A stretch of DNA of 64,000 nucleotides. It comes from Antedon mediterranea (taxonomy: Eukaryota; Animalia; Echinodermata). The DNA lies in the NCBI RefSeq assembly GCF_964355755.1, contig NC_092677.1, forward strand, positions 3,928,101 to 3,992,100. Reading direction: 5' to 3'. Below are positions 53,401-64,000 of this stretch, piece by piece; position 1 is the first letter of the stretch, and each line of letters opens with the position of its first letter. The translations under genes and the position numbers were made by a program. The notes under the pieces are model-generated. The model searched no databases. It was not told where the DNA came from and saw only the letters and a list, made by a program, of their open reading frames with translations.

Positions 53401-56400
53401 TTCTTGCTTACGCATGCGTATTACCTTTTTTCTCTTAGCGATGGCGGCGCTATAACATTTTATCTCCGTATTTTCACTCCCAACAAGAGAGGGCGCATTC
53501 TGGCTACTATTGTTTTTATTACTTAAAATAGAGAAAGAGCACAACAGTCGGAAATACATACGAAAATCATTCGCTCTAAACTTAAATCAAATCAACATTT
53601 ATTTATTTTTATCAATGACAGCGACCCTTGGCAGCCGATACAGTTTTCTAAAAGTTAGTCAATTGGGTCGTACCTATCCCGAAAATATTAGTTTTGCTCG
53701 TCCAATTTCTAGGCCATCTTTATGAAGATCGATATCATTATTTTAGCGTCCGTAGTACAGCGGAAAACGAACTAGCGTAGCCTTTCCGAATGTTCAATGT
53801 TCCGGCCTAGCGCGCTCGCGTTGTCAAAAAAGAATGTTTCTGTTGCAGAAATGAGATAAGACGAAATTTTTCATCTTAAGGCAGGGTGTTGTTTGTCTTA
53901 GATTTAAGACAAAATTAAGCAAATTGTTTTGCTTAGATATATTGATAAATCTGACTTAGGCAAAATCAAGGATTTAAGGCAAAGTTAAGACGATTTTTTT
54001 GCTAAGCAAGTTTGATAAATCCGGCCCCTGGAGTATATTGTCATTAAAGGCCAGGTGCGGGCAAAAAATTTCTATTGATCATACATTCCAATAAATATCG
54101 ATCTATAGTTTCCCCTATGTTTCATAATTTTTAAGATTTTATTTGTGTTACACGAGCTTGTTGAAAATAAGCACTTTCTTATCAGTGGGGGGATAGTTCA
54201 AATTACACAGTAAAATCTCTATTCTTTTGTACACAAATTTTGTAAATAGAGAGGCATTTTAAAAAGCTATGAAAAATAAACGGTGTGGTAAAAAATGTTA
54301 TCAGATGACTAAATATAGGTAATATAACTTGAATATTACATTTCTGATATTTTTATTCAACTTCAGATTTTTATTTTCATGCTGTAGCAAAAATTATCCA
54401 CCGTATATCCACCATCTTTTTTCACCGTCTAGGGAGTCACCAGACATGTTATTACATTAGGTTAACTACCTAACTACTGAAAAAAGGTCTTCCTGGTTTT
54501 TATGGAAGAATTTTGCAAAATTTTGTATTTGACCATATTAAGGGAAATTCATTTTTTTTCGTCTTGATTTCTATTACAAATATTTGATTTATGTACAATT
54601 AACCAAATATTATATTTAAAATTCATGCCTGTACCTGAGCTTTAAAGCAATAAGTTGACCTACCTTCGACTGCAATATAAAACGAACAATTTCCGACGTT
54701 GTTATCCCGGTCAATTGCAGTGTACGTTATTTCATAGGCAGAACTTCCTGCCGGAAATTCATCACCAGAGTTGTAATTTGAACTGATGGAGACGACTGTA
54801 CCACTGTTGTCTGTGACGTTTGGTTGTGGCCAATACAATCGAGCACTTCTGGAGGACACGTCAGTGAAAACTGACCAAGAAGACTCTGAAGTTCTTTTAA
54901 CCATGTTGTTTGAATGCGCTGGACAATGTAAAACTGGATTTTCAATGTCTACAATGGTAAAAAAAATATAATTAATTTGAGTGTGGTGAATATGGGTAGC
55001 TATTATGGCCAAAATAAGAAAAATGTCATAACCTGTATATGAAAAAGCATCTCAAACATCTCCCGTTCGCAATAATCTACTACTGCACAAGGTATGTAAA
55101 AGCTAAAGGAGCGTTAATATTGTGGCAATTTATTATTTTATTATTTCTGTATTTTTGGTAATCATAACTAGATTAATATCCTACCTACAACTGCAAAGTG
55201 TAGAACACATTCCTCAAAGTTTCCTGATTGGTCCGTTGCCCGTACTGTAGTCGTGTAAGGTGGAAACATTCTCATTGGGTAAACATCGCCGGGTTTATTT
55301 GGATAACTTGTGATATTGGGAGGAATTCCGCTATTATCTCTGGCAACCAAAGGAACCCACGTGATAGTGCCGTTAGGACTTCCTGCATCAGTATGAGCGT
55401 GGATATAGCCGTAGTAGGTTCTATGATAATTTGACGTTACATCAGGACACTGCAGTTCGGGTGGCTCATCATCTGTCAACAAAGAACAGTTTATTGTTAT
55501 GACTAAGACTAAATTTAACATATTTCTCTATCTTTTGCATGTTTTTTTCCCAAATGTAGAATTGGTTTAGGCCTATCTCGTGTACTACTCCATTCACCAA
55601 TTATAAAAAAAAATCAGATTAAAAATAATGATAAAGATACATATTTTAACGGTCATTATTGTAGTGTACGCTCGGATGAATTATAAGCGTAAAACAAATA
55701 CCATACCAATAATAGGTATATTAAAGATGCATTCAGCCTCGTTTCCAGCAACATTTTTAATTTTCGTTAATGAAGGTAACTCCCATTAACCAATGTTGCT
55801 TGCCCACAGACATCAATCAGAGTTGTGATTCTATAAATCTCGCATTGACATCAGAAACTCCCAAATGGCGAGGAGAGTTGATATCAGTAATTCGATATAC
55901 TCTTACTTTATTGGTCATTAGCGCACTGTAAAATGTAAGTAATCTCGGATAATTTAATTTTTAAAAATCCTACCGATAATAGTTATATTGAAGATGCATT
56001 CAGCTTCGTTTCCAGAGTAGTCTTCTACCCAATACCTCACAGTATAGACGGTTTTCTTTCCACCGACCAATTCAAAGCGTTGTCTTGGAACACTATATGT
56101 CTTTTCTTCTGTCTGGATGCCTTTGTTGTCATGTGCTATTGGTTCCGTCCAACTAACTTCCTGGTATTTTCCCTGAGCTTCAACAATCTGGTTATTTGGA
56201 CAATTTCTTAATGTTGGGTTCTCCAAGTCTGTTAATTTGTGTATCGATAAAATAACAGTAAAAACTTAACAAAAAGTTTAATTTTACACACTAAAATATT
56301 CCTGGTGTTTGAGAGATAAGAAACCACATTTTTAGACGAAAGTAAAATATAATAACTCTTTTTGTTGTATCATTTTATACTACTGCTTTTGTTTTCGATG

Positions 56401-57425
56401 TAAAAATGGACTTTTAAAGTAAGCCTTTAAATCTAATCACTTATGTTCTGAATTGCAGGAAATAGTCTATACACAGTCTTGTCAACCAGATTTAGGACAT
56501 AAATAAGCAGTGTTCCTTAAAAATCATTTGTTTGTCGTACAGTCTGGAACTCGAAACCACAACTCCCCACTAGAGTGGTCATAAATGTGTACATTTTGTC
56601 ATTTTCTCAAAATGTCTTTGAAATGGAATCACTAAGAAATGTATGTATTTATTTGTTGAAAAAGGTAGCGCCTATCTGAAAAGGAAATTTAAACTATCAT
56701 AACATACCTCCTGGACCATCACAAATAACACCAGCGTCTTCGGAATGTCCACAATTGTGAACCTTAAATCCATTATTAGAGCATCTTCTTATATCAGTTT
56801 CATATCCTGTACACTGAACATCATCGTACATAATTGGACCCAACCCCTGGCCAAATTGAGCTTGTAGCGGGGCTCCAGTTGCGTCTCCAAAACCTAATTG
56901 CCTACACACAACTCGAGCGTCTTTTATATCCCAATAATCATCACATATTGTACCCCATTCTCCACCATTATATACTTCAACTCGTCCCTCATAACTATTG
57001 CCGCCACCAACAAGTCTGACTGTGGTAATACACATGAATAAAACCTTAAACCAATTACTTGGCCTAAGTAGATTCTAGTAAGCAATGTCATCCAAGTGAA
57101 TTTTTATTAAATTATTATTTTTAAAAAACACAAAAGATGTTCTCAGAAATTCAAATCTCATGGAACTTTATAATGGTTAACATTAGTCCCAAAAGGAATA
57201 ATGCGTTATATGGTCTATCTACTATAGCATCGGACATGTCGTAGGACTCTAAATTAACTTTATAAAAGGAAATTTACTAAAATGTAAACACAATTAAACG
57301 TCACTTATAATTTTAACTTACGTTTAGTTACAATATTGATCATTCTTACCTGTCGATGACACAGTAGCAGGCACAATGAATAGGAAAAACAATGGAGTTT
57401 TCCAGTGAGTTTTCATTATACCCAT
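47482..57425 (-). CDS. Type I membrane protein, copy A: signal peptide, SRCR, 7 HYR (hyalin repeat) domains, Ser/Pro/Thr mucin stalk, TM, short tail; 12 exons, about 1334 aa
   Basis: Exons 57425-57350, 57019-56708, 56228-55974, 55472-55185, 54948-54664, 51967-51680, 51587-51300, 51138-50851, 50023-49739, 49537-48161, 47824-47694 and 47613-47482. Splice phases are compatible (phase 1 domain exons), total 4005 nt, ending ...LNCAYNNDSKV*. Confidence 0.85.
47694..47824 (-). CDS. Transmembrane exon of copy A
   Basis: VLIVCLCLLFMAVIVIAGILF followed by basic KIKGRK. Confidence 0.85.
48161..49537 (-). CDS. Mucin-like Ser/Pro/Thr exon of copy A with 21-aa repeats
   Basis: Open 1377-nt exon with SSQFSGQSSSPLPSPSLPSTPM-type 63-bp repeats; canonical splice sites. 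Confidence 0.88.
49739..56228 (-). CDS. Seven HYR-domain exons of copy A
   Basis: Each 255-288-nt exon reads D.E.P.(I/L).CP...V.W..P...DN...Y...D.SGN...C.F...V, the HYR consensus. Confidence 0.88.
50386..50615. mobile_element. Internally deleted Kolobok-like MITE, inverted relative to 54048-54641
   Basis: TTAA-agctgagatgcaggca ... gcatctggcct-TTAA; body is the reverse complement of about 54425-54641; partial counterpart in copy B at about 61960-62110. Confidence 0.75.
52399..53108 (-). mobile_element. 5'-truncated CR1/L2-group LINE (RT C-terminal region, 3' UTR, A-rich tail)
   Basis: RDLGVLIDSKL.F..HV..VVSKAN.MLG...LYRSVVRPHLEYCSVI...VQ; tail is T-rich on the plus strand; absent at the equivalent site of the paralog (about 63924). 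Confidence 0.88.
53203..54027. mobile_element. PIF/Harbinger-like non-autonomous element, 825 bp
   Basis: Imperfect TIRs ggttggcatttatcaa / ttgataaatccggccc; CTG direct repeat at 53200-53202 and 54028-54030; gctta/ttaag subterminal arrays. Confidence 0.65.
54048..54641. mobile_element. Kolobok-like MITE, 594 bp
   Basis: TTAA-aggccaggtgcgggca ... tgcctgtacctgagct-TTAA. Confidence 0.75.
56708..57019 (-). CDS. SRCR (scavenger receptor cysteine-rich, group A, 6 Cys) exon of copy A
   Basis: VRLVGG...EGRVEV...WGTICDDYW...ARVVCRQLG...FGQG.GPI..DDVQC.G.E....C...HNCGHSEDAGVIC. Confidence 0.95.
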
Positions 57426-58541
57426 ACCAAGTAATATCTAATGGTAACTAGCAAAAGTCGATAGAAGGGAAATTTTGGAAAGTCCAAGTTCCAATACATT
57501 CATGGAAGCTTCCTGGTTGTGAAACACAATATCTGTCACTCATATTTTGGTATTGTTTGGAGTAGGAAATATTGAGGGTATGCAATATCTGATTAGTAAA
57601 TCATCTACGATTGGTCTCAAGTTCAGGTTCGATAGAGGATATCAGACTGTATACATTATGCATTGAGGTAACATGCATAGACCACATTATGTGTTTCTGC
57701 GCATGCGCTTAGAGATGTACATAACAAACGAAGCACAGATATTACTAACTGTCAACATAGGTATTTTTATTGATGCTTGGTTGTCGTTGACAGTAAGGGG
57801 ATATTTCAGCGTACCATTTTGATATTGATAGTTTGCTGTTATTTTTATGATTCCGTAACGATAAGATTTTGTGGTTTTCTTAGTATTTTTTTTAAAGTAT
57901 GGAACGAGTCTTAAAGTAGGTAGATAGTCGTAGATGCTATCAATATACCTTTTTCTTTGTAGATAATATCAAAGGAAACCAACTTATTCTAGAAGAATGA
58001 TCCTCACTAAAATATCGTTGGGAACTGGAGCTTCTGTGTTTCAAAATAAGCCAAAAATATATTAACTTCCATTTTCACTACAGCATCTATTTAAATTTTA
58101 TTTCCGTCTCTAGAGAGCACAATGTTGTCGGTTATATTTATAACACACGGTGCGCCCTCTATATCGTCACCAGAGGTACCGACTTTTTTTTTTATAGAGT
58201 TAAGCTACGTTCACACTGAGTTTGTATATCTGGCCGCCGGACCGGATTACAGTTCATGGATCAAAGACCAGCTTGTAATTATTACGCCCTCTAGTAAAAC
58301 CTAATGAAAGTAGCAATAACCGTCAGCAGGTAGTTCAAAGTTCAACGTAAACATTTATTTTCTTTCCTAAACTATTACAATAATATAAATTAATAAGGTA
58401 GGTAAGTATTGAATTTAAAATATTTCATTTCGATAAATATATATTTTTTTAAATATCATTAGGCCCCTACTACTCTTTACGTAGAAACTGTACATTCGTT
58501 TTGATTCACCAACCGGCGATCGACGGCCTTACAGACGGGTT

Positions 58542-61230
58542 TCACACTTTACTGTCATTATTGTATGCGCAGTTGAGAATACCATCGTCTTTCTGAATTG
58601 TCCGCTCATCTTTATTTAAAGGTCGCAAGTCGCAAATATCTACCGATGGAGGTTCTTTGTCTTTGTTTTCGCCCTGTAGAATAAACAAATACACTTTTTT
58701 ATTGAACTGTTTGTGTTATAGAAGGCATTAATATTCGGAAAAATATCAAGTTTCTGAGTTCTTAATTTATTTTGTGATATGTTCTTGTTTTAAAACCACT
58801 TACATGTTTAGGTTGAAAATAGTATTTCTGCTGAACTTTTCTCCCTTTGATTATAAAAAGTATCCCTGCTATGACGGCCATGAACAGTAGACATAAGCAT
58901 ACAATTAGTACCTTAGGAAAACCGTTATCTGTAAAATAAAAGTAATACGTAGGCCTACTTCATTCTGCGCATGAGCAACAGTATGATACAATACATACCT
59001 TATACATTAACAAGATTTTTTTTTAAGTGGACATTGTTGACAATGGTATTTATCTAAGCAAGAATTTTTCAGGAAAGCATAAAAGAAATAATATCCACGT
59101 ACCGTTGTGTATAGTCTTACATTAAAGTCTAGGCCTATATATTTGTATTTCAATCAGCACCACAATATTTAAGTTCTTCTCGTGTACAAATTGATAAGCT
59201 AAATCTAAATTGATAGAGTATTATTACTGTGTTTGTATATTTACCATGGTAGTTTGATTTGTTCAGGGCGCCATCTTCGTTTTCAATCATTTGCCCGGAA
59301 ACCGTCAATATTGAACTAGTAATTACTTCCGGTGACACTTTGTCAAATGATGATGTCTGGTCACTTGGCCATCCTGTAGTTTGCTGCTGTCTTGTAGACG
59401 TCTTTTGTACTGATCGGCGCTTAGTCGTTAGCTGTTCAGCGGTAAATGTAAACTGTTGACTAGGCCTAGCTTTAGTGACTGTCTGTTCTCTATCGTCTTC
59501 TGCTGTCACACTTCCGTTGGTAACTGGAGTGTCAACTGTTGTGACAACAGTGGTTGTCGGAAGCGAATTCAAGGTGGATGATGCCAACGGTGAAGAAGAT
59601 TGAACTAAAATCGTTGATGGTGAGGAAGTAGATGCCAGTGATATAAATGGAAGAAGGGTGGTGCGCGATTTAAAAGGAACTACCGAAATTGTTGTTGATG
59701 GTAATGAAGGTGATGGTAATGGTGAAGATAATTGTCTAGAAAATTGTGATGACATTGGTGTTGATGGTAATGAATGTGATGGTAATGGTGAAGATGATTG
59801 TCCAGAAAATTGTGGTGACATTGGTGAAGGTGATGGTAATGGTGAAGATGACGGTTCAGACAATTGTGATGACATTGTTGTTGGTGGTAATGGTGAAGAT
59901 GATTGTCCAGAAGATTGTGATGACATTGTTGTTGATGGTAATTGTGAAGGTGATGGTTTAATAAAATATTGTGATGACATTGGTGAAGGTGATGGTAATG
60001 AAGGTGATGGTAATGGTGAAGATGACGGTGTAGAAGATTGTGATGACATTGTTGTTGATGGTAATTGTGAAGGTGATGGTTTAATAAAATATTGTGATTG
60101 TGACATTGGTGTTGATGGTAATGGAGGTGATGGTAATTGTGAAACTGATGGTTTAAAGGAAATGTGTGATGACATTGGTGTGGGTGAAAATGAAGGTGAT
60201 GGTAATTGTGAAGATGATGGTTTAAAGGAAATTTGTGATGATATTGGTGTTGGTGATAACGAAGGAGATGGTAATTGTGAAACTGATGGTTCAGAATGTT
60301 GTGATGACATTAGTCTTGCTTGGTGATAACGAAGGTGATGGCAATTGTGAAACTAATGGGTTAAAGGACAATTTTGATGATTTTGGTGTTGGTGATAGTG
60401 GCGTTGACAGTAATTTTGAAGATAAAAGTGGAAAGGAAAATTGTGATGACGTTGGTTTTGGTGATAATGAAGGTGATAAAGTTTTAAATAAAAATGGTGT
60501 TGGTGATAATGACGTTGACGGTGGTGATGATGATTGTGATGATAGTTTTACTAATGGCGAAGGAGTAACAGGTAACTGTGATATCGGAGCATTTACTGAT
60601 GATGTTTGTGGCTGTGTAGAGGGCGTGTTTTCTTCAAAGTAAGAGTCATTTCTGTAGTTTTCTGTTATGCTTTGAGGTGACATGGTTGTATCTGGAAAAG
60701 TTATTTCTGGTTCATTTTCTGTAAAATAAAATAAATCATAAAGTTGTTAAGAAGTCTTTTTTGATAATATAACATAGAAATCTCGTGTTAAGTTGTTTAT
60801 GTTCCTGTGTGTCTTTATTGTTTTAATAAACATTACTGAGCACGACTTGTCTTTTAAAATTGAGGTTGTTATACTTCATAAAACGCTAGCATTGTTGTTT
60901 ACCTGAAACGTGAACGTAAAAACTACAGACGGTGTTCCTTGAAGAATCTTCAAATGTATACATTATAAAAGTGGTACCGATCGGAAGAGTTGCAGATGCT
61001 GTCAAATTTACTCTTTTTCTATATGGTTCCAAACGAAATGGCGTCACCGCATCGTTGTTTACTTGAATCTCAGAAATCAGTTCTAGGTCATATACAACTA
61101 TCGACCAATGCACTAAAGTGCTGTTTTCACCCTGACGAAAACATCTGATGAATTCCGGGCATTCAAACGTAGGTGGAGTATTGTCTGAAAGATGATGAAT
61201 TTTATGCAAATTACTTCAATACTGACAAAC

Positions 61231-61265
<35 letters not shown>

Positions 61266-63476
61266 ACCCAACGCAAAATGGAACACTTTTAATTTTCTAA
61301 CCGAGCACCAAGCCCCGACAATGTGCAGTTATAGAATGGGATTTTGTGACGACTACTGTATCTGCGAAACTTAACAATATCTGCGAAACTTAACAAGATC
61401 TGCATACATACCCAAGTGCATCGCATGCGTACAATTGTATTACCATGACGTCCTGGTCGTCGTTAGCATCATCGTCTTATATTATGTACAAACTACCGTA
61501 ATTATTTTTATACTGATGTGCATATGGAATATTCTTTCGTCAACTAATACAGTAACGAACAGAACAAGAGACCAGAAAGGAATTTCTTCTAAACAATTTT
61601 AATTTATAACTTGTTAAAGTATACAAACAGCTGTATACAGTATCTGGCTAAAAGTCTTTTGTCTTCAGATCTTATGAATACATTGACACATTTCATAATA
61701 TATAACTGATCTAGGTTACTGCGATTAACGAGCAAATTTCTAAATATTAGCTTTTATATTGCAGTCAAAAGTTGAATTATTATTCTTAATTATTCTTATT
61801 AAGCTGAAAAACACGCATACCATGCCATCTAACTAGTAAGAAAATCACTATACCAAAGTAAACTACTGTGTACAAGTAGTAGGCTATATTTGCCTTACAT
61901 AAGTATCGCTACAATTTATTTTATTTATTTATTTTATGCTTATGCCGTTAATTTGGAGAAAAAAAATATAAATTTCCCTTAAAATGGTTAAATACAAAAT
62001 TTGGAAATATTCTGCTATAAAAACCAGGGAAACTTTTTTCAGCAGTTAGGTAGTTTAATCTAATGTAATAACATGTCTGCTGACTCCCTAGAAGGGAGGC
62101 ATCCGGTCTTTAAGTTCGTCCTTTGTCGGATGTTAACTGTGACCAAGACGTTTACTGACATTTTCTCAAAAATATTGATGACAGCTTTTGTATTGCGGTC
62201 AAAAGTTGGAATTATTATTCAGAAACTGAAAACACACGCCTACCATCTAACTAGTATGAAAATCAACATAAAAGTAAACTTTAGAAAGCTTTAACTTGTA
62301 ATGTTCTACAATCTCTATTTAAATGCTTCCGTTTGGATATAACTTGCCTGTAACGAGAAAGTACAGTTTGCATGAATTCACATTTCCGGATGCGTCTTCT
62401 GCCGTAAACTCCACTTCATAAGGAGGGTAGAATTTTGGCGCGAACACATCGCCAGACTTGTGTGATGACTTCACTATCAGACGACCTCCACTGTTGTCAA
62501 AAACTGTAGGATCTTCCCACTTGACGGAACTCGTGTTGGCATCTGAATCAGTAGCAGCTCTAACAATGCCAAAGTACGTATCGTAGTAATTTGTAATGTT
62601 CGTTGGGCATTCTATAATCGGAGGTTCGATGTCTAGAATAAAATAAACAACATACTATACGATTGGAATGCAGGAGAAAAGGAGATTCGAAGAAGCACGT
62701 GGTATATGCATTACGTGAGATGAAAGGGGCTCGTGTCAATGGAGTAGATTGTGCATCAGTATTAAGCCGACTTGAATTAAAGCCTACATTTGTCTTTTAT
62801 TAACTTACCTATGACTGTGAAATAAATGTAGCAAGATTTGTTATTGCCGAACAGATCAGTTGCAGTCATGTGTACAGTATACGGTGGAAACTGTCGCATC
62901 GGAAACGTATCACCTGATGTATAGGGGAAGCTTTCCGACGTGACCAGATCTTGACTGTTGTCATCAACGTCTGGAGGATACCACGTGACTGTTGCGTATG
63001 GATGACCATAATCAGTGACTAGGCGATGAAAACTAAATATATGGTCGTAATAATTGGAGAAATTACTCGGACAGATAATTGATGGACGTTCATTGTCTGA
63101 AATAACAATTTTTAAAAGAAATTTAAATTTTGCTGTGTATTTAGGAATTTAAACAAAGATTTTGATCTCAGTATGTGCGAAAACTCACCTATAACTGTAA
63201 TAGTAAGCAGACAGGTACCATTGTTGCCAGATGTGTCTATCACGGTATATTCAACTTCAGTTACACCGATAGGAAAAAAGCCATGTTGAGCAAGGGTGAT
63301 ATTTTCGTCATTTAATGTAGTGTTCGTAGGTTCAACTTTAGAGTCGTTAGACATGCAGTAGCTGACAGCAAAATTATCGTTCAGTGTGATGTTCCAGGAG
63401 AATAACGCAAACCTCGAACCGTCGTCTGTGTAGCGTTCCAAGTCAGGTAGACATTCAACTGATGGACTTTCCCAAT
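58542..63476 (-). pseudogene. Copy B of the HYR-mucin-TM gene (5' part outside the window), frameshifted in the mucin exon: pseudogene or truncated secreted form
   Basis: Exons 63476-63189, 63096-62809, 62632-62348, 61184-60903, 60718-59245, 58928-58804 and 58673-58542 match copy A. The mucin exon is 1474 nt (not divisible by 3), with a frameshift at about 60311-60320 and a stop at 60291-60293. Confidence 0.75.
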
Positions 63477-64000
63477 CTGTTTTAAACCAAGAGAAAGATT
63501 GACAAATTATTTTCCCTAAAGCTCTGTCTACACTATCAAACTAGTTTGACAAACAAGTGTAATTTGCCTAATGGTAGTGATCTGTTCAATTATGGTAGTG
63601 ATGCGACATCGTCATGTGTTCATATATGGGAACATCATAAATTATTTTTGTCACATAAAGTTTGATAGTGTAGACAGGGCCTTAAGAGTAGTTTTGAATC
63701 TAACATGACTGTATTTTAAGGGAAATGAAAGATTGTTAATCGAGGTAGGACTTGATACGCTCTTATCAATTATGAGAAAATCAATGATTCCTCTAAAAAG
63801 CTTTTTCAGCACTTGAGTTTTTTTAAGTAAGCTCTGATTTACAAAATAGGTTACCGCCATCATGTCGTACGTACTTCTCGGTTTTCTATCTAATTTTTGT
63901 CTAGTGTCATGTAATTTACTATATGTGACACCTGTATCAACCTAACCCTTAACGTGATACAGGCACCTTGATATTGTATTGTGAATTTAGCCTTTGAAAC

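Larger units (their letters stand above)
46720..64000 (-). repeat. Tandem segmental (whole-gene) duplication, period about 11.1 kb
   Basis: 46720 onward aligns by eye with 57857 onward across 3' flank, exons and introns; second unit cut by the window end. Confidence 0.9.

Overview
AT-rich eukaryotic (animal) genomic DNA; the SRCR/HYR gene content and repeat landscape suggest a marine invertebrate deuterostome such as an echinoderm (inference). Bases 1-24 kb and 39-46 kb hold no convincing protein gene and are a mosaic of MITEs, Helentron-like and Penelope-like fragments and minisatellites. The centre holds a complete 14,360-bp Ginger1-type DNA transposon (24231-38590; TGT...ACA imperfect TIRs, CCGG TSD). 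It encodes a spliced Gypsy-like integrase/transposase fused to an OTU protease, broken only by one 2-bp frameshift. It is nested in a small Harbinger-type element with a Myb/SANT remnant and itself carries a 132-bp satellite, a tandem tRNA-like repeat, a probable solo LTR and foldback elements. The right end holds a tandem pair of minus-strand genes for a type I membrane protein (signal peptide, SRCR, 7 HYR, mucin stalk, TM, short tail ending DSKV). One copy is complete (47482-57425, about 1334 aa); the other is cut by the window edge and frameshifted in the mucin exon. All calls were made by eye with no database searches, so repeat boundaries may be off by a few bases.
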